Below, piece by piece: positions 59,690-64,000 of a stretch of 64,000 bases of DNA. Below the pieces are notes generated by a model. It was not told the origin of the DNA, made no database searches, and saw only the letters and a program-made list of their open reading frames with translations. The stretch comes from an uncultured Armatimonadetes bacterium (GTDB lineage Bacteria > Armatimonadota > Hebobacteria > Hebobacterales > Hebobacteraceae): positions 32,001 to 96,000 of the forward strand of contig OY970296.1 in NCBI GenBank assembly GCA_963716175.1, read 5' to 3'. Made by a program: the position numbers and the translations under genes. Each line of letters opens with the position of its first letter. Positions within the stretch are counted from its first letter, which is position 1.

Positions 59690-60338
59690 GTGCAGCGGGG
59701 CGCGCTGTCAGGCGCTCAGGTAGCGTTTGGACAGAGTGGCAGGAGCCAAGGCTCCTGTCCAACCCGATAGGACGCGGCAATCGTGGCTCGGTACTTCAGG
59801 AAGAACTCTCTGACGCGATCCGGCTGCTTGCTGAAATTGTGAAGCATCTCGACTGAAGCAGCAGTGGGTGTCCATGCAGGCTCGGAAGGCCGCGACAAGC
59901 CAAGGCCCTCCGGGGGCACTAATGCTCCAGGGAAGGGCGCGCTCCGCCGAAGACGCGCCGCGGCCCCACCACCACGTCGCTACGCCCGAGGCGCACAAGT
60001 CCCGAGCGCGGCCCTGATGCGCCAGAGGCGCACAAGAGCCAACCAGCCAGAGGCTCACCCGCCTCTGATGGGCTCGGAAGCGTGGTGCGCCGCTTCTGGG
60101 CCATTGCAGCAAAGGGGCCGAAGAGCTGGCGCTTCACGGTGGGACAGTCTCTGAGGTCGCCGGACAACCACGGCCCCTGGGGCCAATGTCGCGGCCGCAG
60201 AGGAGGTATCCGAGGGGCCGAGCAGCATCGAAGGCGCCGTCAGGCGACTGCGGGAAGGGGGCAGAGGGGGGAACGCGGCCACGCCAGGAGCGAGTAGCAG
60301 CTAGCGCGAGCCGCAGGAGTCTGCACCACAGAAGTCGC

Positions 60339-60423
60339 CACGCCTGGGTGACGACCACCCAGCGCTACACCCATCTCGAGGACGACGACCTGCAGGCTCA
60401 GGTGGCACAGCTGCCGGCCAACC
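60339..60423 (+). pseudogene. Tyrosine recombinase C-terminal remnant
   Basis: HAWVTTTQRYTHL resembles the GH..TT..Y box II motif. Confidence 0.5.
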
Positions 60424-60498
60424 TGGTCGCCGGCACCTCGTATCATCCTCGCCCGTCATGCCACTGAGCAAGCCTTGCCGTCACACCGGTTGTCGCGC

Positions 60499-61809
60499 TC
60501 AGTCTGAGGCCATCGACTCCGGAGCGCGTGGCTTGTCTCTGCGCAGACGCCTCCATCCGATGGCCGCGGCCGCGGTCCCTGCCAGAGTGATCGCCGCGCC
60601 GATCACGACCGCCACCGGAGCGGTCAGGTACTGGGCCAGGGTTCCTGCCTGGAAGCTGCCCAAGGGAGCCGAGCCGGCGTTCACCAATGCCCATACCCCC
60701 ATGACGCGCCCGCGCATGTGATCCGGGACGGACATCTGGATCAGGGTGTTGGCGACCGACATCACGGCCACGCCGCCTAGACCCGCGACTGCCAGTATCG
60801 CCATGGAAAGGTGGAGCATGCGCGAGAACGCGAAGCCTGCCGCCGCGGCCGAGAGCAGGAAGCCTCCCCCAAAGAGAATGCGTTCTCGGCGGGGATACCC
60901 GCCCAGAGAGGCCACCAGGAGGGCGCCCACCAGTGCGCCGATTCCGCTCGAGGTCATGAGGAGGCCGAGGCCCTGCGCGCCGGCGCGCAGGATATCGCGA
61001 GCGAAGATCGGCATGAGCACATTGTAGGACCAGCCGAAGATCGAGAAGACGGCGAGGAGTGCCGACAGCCCCAACACCATCCGGTTGGTCCGTACGTAGC
61101 GCAGACCCTCCAACGAGTCCGCCACTATCCCGCGGACACGCGTTCTCGCCGCTTGTGGCTGGAAGCGCATCAGGAGTAGTCCCACGATCACCGCCAGAAA
61201 GGAGAGCCCGTTCACGAAGAAGCACCAGGCCGGGCCCAGCCTCGCGACCAGTATCCCGGCGAGGGCCGGGCCGATGATGCGGGCGCTGTTGAAGATGGAG
61301 GAGTTCAGGGCGATGGCGTTCATCAGGTCTTCCCGGCCCACCATCTCCACCACGAAGGCCTGGCGAGCCGGCATGTCGAACGCCATCGTCGTCCCGCTGA
61401 ACGCCGCCAGCACCGCCACCTGCCAGGCGCGGATCCACCCGGCCCCGGTGAGGCCCGCGAGCACGAAGGCGAGCAGCATCATCGCGGACTGGGTGACGAG
61501 CAGGACGCGCCGCTTGTTAACGCGGTCGGCCACCACCCCGCCCAGCAGGGAGAAGAGGGCCATCGGAAGGGAGCCTATGCCGCCGATGATACCGAGCAGG
61601 AGGGCGCTGTTCGTCAACTGGTAGACGAGCCAGGCCAGCGCCATCTGCTGCATCCAGGTGCCGATCAGCGAGACCAGCTGGCCCGAGAAGAAGAGCTGAT
61701 AGTTACGGTGCCGCAAGGCGGAAAAGGTACGAATAAGCTGCCTGGGCTCCCGCTCGGATGAAGGTGGGCCGTTCTTATCTCGGTCTCCGCGGTGTAAGCT
61801 GAGGCGCAT
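60499..61809 (-). CDS. MFS transporter
   Basis: GQLVSLIGTWMQ, GGVVADRVNKRR, PARQAFVVEMVG, RGRVMG; ~12 TM. Confidence 0.92.
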   Translation of the reverse strand: MRLSLHRGDRDKNGPPSSEREPRQLIRTFSALRHRNYQLFFSGQLVSLIGTWMQQMALAWLVYQLTNSALLLGIIGGIGSLPMALFSLLGGVVADRVNKRRVLLVTQSAMMLLAFVLAGLTGAGWIRAWQVAVLAAFSGTTMAFDMPARQAFVVEMVGREDLMNAIALNSSIFNSARIIGPALAGILVARLGPAWCFFVNGLSFLAVIVGLLLMRFQPQAARTRVRGIVADSLEGLRYVRTNRMVLGLSALLAVFSIFGWSYNVLMPIFARDILRAGAQGLGLLMTSSGIGALVGALLVASLGGYPRRERILFGGGFLLSAAAAGFAFSRMLHLSMAILAVAGLGGVAVMSVANTLIQMSVPDHMRGRVMGVWALVNAGSAPLGSFQAGTLAQYLTAPVAVVIGAAITLAGTAAAAIGWRRLRRDKPRAPESMASD

Positions 61810-62351
61810 CCGCGGCTCCTAGGGCCGCGGCGCAAGGAGCCGGAACCCAACGGTGCTTGTTACGCGCCGGTCGGGCCATTTCCTCCTAGGGAATGGACGG
61901 ATGCCGGATCGACCCGCCCGAGGACCTGACATACTGGGCGGCCGAGTGCGACGCCGCGAGAAGCTGAGGCAAGACTGAGCCCATGACACATTGTGGGACC
62001 AACGCGCATCGCCCGGCGGCCGCAGCCCAGATCCGACGCGGCCCTACCTCCACCCCGCTCCCGAGCGCGGCCCTGGAACCAACCAGCCAGAGGCTGGCAA
62101 GCGTGGCGCGCCGTTCTAGGCTACTTTGGGCGAGAAGGCCGCGAATTGCGGCATGCAGGCCGGTCCGCTTACATTGGCAGCCCGAACGGCCTCACCCTAA
62201 TAACGCGACCTGTTCTACACCTCATGGAGAAGCGGCTCACACTCAGGGGACTTCGCGCGGTCGGCAGGTGGGCGGCGTGAGTGGTATAATCCGGGGCGTG
62301 GCCGAACGGTCACGCCCCGAGTAAGGATAAACCGGAGGACGGGATTCAGCC

Positions 62352-64000
62352 ATGTCAATCAGCTTGCCTGCCATCGTAGAGGTGACCATTGTGCTCGCCC
62401 TCACCGCCAGCATCTGTCTTGCGGAAGAGGTGAGCATTCCGCGAGTGCCCCCGGGTCATCCCCGGGTTTATCTCCGTCCCACCAATCTCCCGGACCTCAA
62501 GGAGAAGGTGGCGTCGCCTCAGTTCCACCAGCTCTGGGAGGACGTGCGTGGGGCCGCCAGCGACACCCCCATCTGCGCCGCCTTCGTCTACCTCGTCACC
62601 GGCGACAAGGCCGCCGGTCGATCTGCGATTGATGGCGCTCTCACCGCGCTGAAATCATCCACCGATGCCCGTGTGTTCGAGGAGCCGTTCCACTGGGGCG
62701 CATGCATCTACGATTGGTGCTATGACCTGCTGACAAGCCAGGAGAAGGCGGCATTCATCAAGGAGTTCGAGCGCATTGCGAACCTCCATGAGCCCTACTA
62801 TCCGGCCCGCACGGACACTGGTGCCGTCGTTGGGCACTCCTGTGAGGGCTGGCTGCTGACAGGTGAACTGCCGGCCGGCGTCGCCATCTACGATGAATCG
62901 CCCGCCATGTACGCCGCCGCCGCCCGGCTCTTCATGGAGAAGTTCGTGCCTGTCCGCAACTTCCACTACGCTGCTCACTGGCACCATCAGGGCGACTCCT
63001 ACCTCTCCACTCGCTTCGCGCACGATCTGGCCGTCTCCTGGCTCTTCCGGCGCATGGGGGATGGGGACGTGCTCAGCCGCGAGCAGCAGTTCGTCCCATA
63101 CCAGCTCATCTACGGTCTCCGCCCCGATGGACAGCAGATGCGAAGCGGAGACACCTATGACGACTCCGGCAGGAGCGGACAGAAACGCCTGGTGGCGATG
63201 CTGGCCGGCTCCTACTACGAGGACCCGTATCTGCTCACCATGGCGGACTCGGATCTCTTCGGGGGGTCCGGCCGCTTCGCCAGGGTGCTGGCGATCATCT
63301 TCCGAGAGCCGGATGCTGAGAAGCGACCGATCAGCGAGCTACCGCTCACCAAGTACTTCGCCGACCCTGGTGGCGAGATGGTGGCGCGCACCGGCTGGAC
63401 GATCGGTCCCGATAGCCCGGACGCAGTCGTGCAGATGCGAATCGGCGGCTACTTCTTCGGCAATCATCAGCACCGCGATTTCGGTACCTTTCAGGTCTAT
63501 CACCGGGGCGCGCTCGCCATCGACAGCGGCCTCTATGAGGGCGAGGCCAGCGAGTACGGGACCGAGCACTGGGGAGCGTACTATCACCAGACCCTCGCCC
63601 ATAGCGGCCTGCTGGTGTTCGATCCGGACGAGCAAGGTCTGAACCGCGTTCGCCCAGTCAATGACGGCGGCCAGCGAGTGCCCAGTGGCGGTCGAGACCA
63701 CCCCCGCGACCTCGAGACGATGAAGACTATGGGATACCGCATGGGCGAGGTGACGGCCCACGCCTTCGGCCCCGATAGCCACGCACCCGAGTACAGCTAC
63801 CTCGCCGGTGACATCACCAAGGCCTACACCGATAAGGTGCGCTCCGTCACCAGGTCCATGGTCGCTCTGAACCTGCGTGACGCCACCTATCCCGCGGCCC
63901 TGGTCGTGTACGACCGCGTCGTCGCCAGCAAACCCGGGTTCAGAAAGACCTGGCTGCTCCACACGATCGAAAAACCGCAGGTGAATGGCCGCACCATCGT
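62352..64000 (+). CDS. Heparinase II/III-like polysaccharide lyase (runs off the window end)
   Basis: Manual translation: signal peptide, HPRVYL, VGHSCE, HQGDSY, ARTGW, GNHQHRDFGTFQVY..ALAIDSG; GGAGG RBS. Confidence 0.88.
   Translation, partial: MSISLPAIVEVTIVLALTASICLAEEVSIPRVPPGHPRVYLRPTNLPDLKEKVASPQFHQLWEDVRGAASDTPICAAFVYLVTGDKAAGRSAIDGALTALKSSTDARVFEEPFHWGACIYDWCYDLLTSQEKAAFIKEFERIANLHEPYYPARTDTGAVVGHSCEGWLLTGELPAGVAIYDESPAMYAAAARLFMEKFVPVRNFHYAAHWHHQGDSYLSTRFAHDLAVSWLFRRMGDGDVLSREQQFVPYQLIYGLRPDGQQMRSGDTYDDSGRSGQKRLVAMLAGSYYEDPYLLTMADSDLFGGSGRFARVLAIIFREPDAEKRPISELPLTKYFADPGGEMVARTGWTIGPDSPDAVVQMRIGGYFFGNHQHRDFGTFQVYHRGALAIDSGLYEGEASEYGTEHWGAYYHQTLAHSGLLVFDPDEQGLNRVRPVNDGGQRVPSGGRDHPRDLETMKTMGYRMGEVTAHAFGPDSHAPEYSYLAGDITKAYTDKVRSVTRSMVALNLRDATYPAALVVYDRVVASKPGFRKTWLLHTIEKPQVNGRTI

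Noticed and set aside
59716-59870. Possible IS630 transposase C-terminal remnant (KQPDRVREFF)
   Set aside because: Similarity too short to support
1-64000. tRNA or rRNA genes
   Set aside because: None recognised by eye; a covariance scan would be needed to exclude them

Overview
High-GC bacterial accessory region; the combination of prepilin/H-X9-DG proteins, DUF6785/DUF6784-like membrane proteins and an SLH protein suggests Armatimonadota (inference). It is dominated by carbohydrate catabolism: GH4, GH20-like, GH42/GHL6-like enzymes, a heparinase II-like lyase, a sulfatase-fold enzyme, sugar isomerases, a deacetylase and a LacI regulator. No sugar ABC importer, PTS or SusC/D genes were recognised. 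Instead it carries three paralogous ~650-aa DUF6785/6784-like membrane proteins and three (plus one stub) Cys-rich pilin-like proteins. One pilin-like gene and one membrane protein gene sit next to the same LacI-type operator as the glycosidases, which suggests a pilin-based glycan capture/import system (hypothesis). A complete IS110 element carries a bridge RNA whose target and donor guides match its own insertion junctions. The region is heavily eroded by IS481-like elements (3 long copies, a MITE-like derivative, fragments, orphan ends) and has several frameshifted genes. Family assignments come from motif recognition by eye, not database searches.
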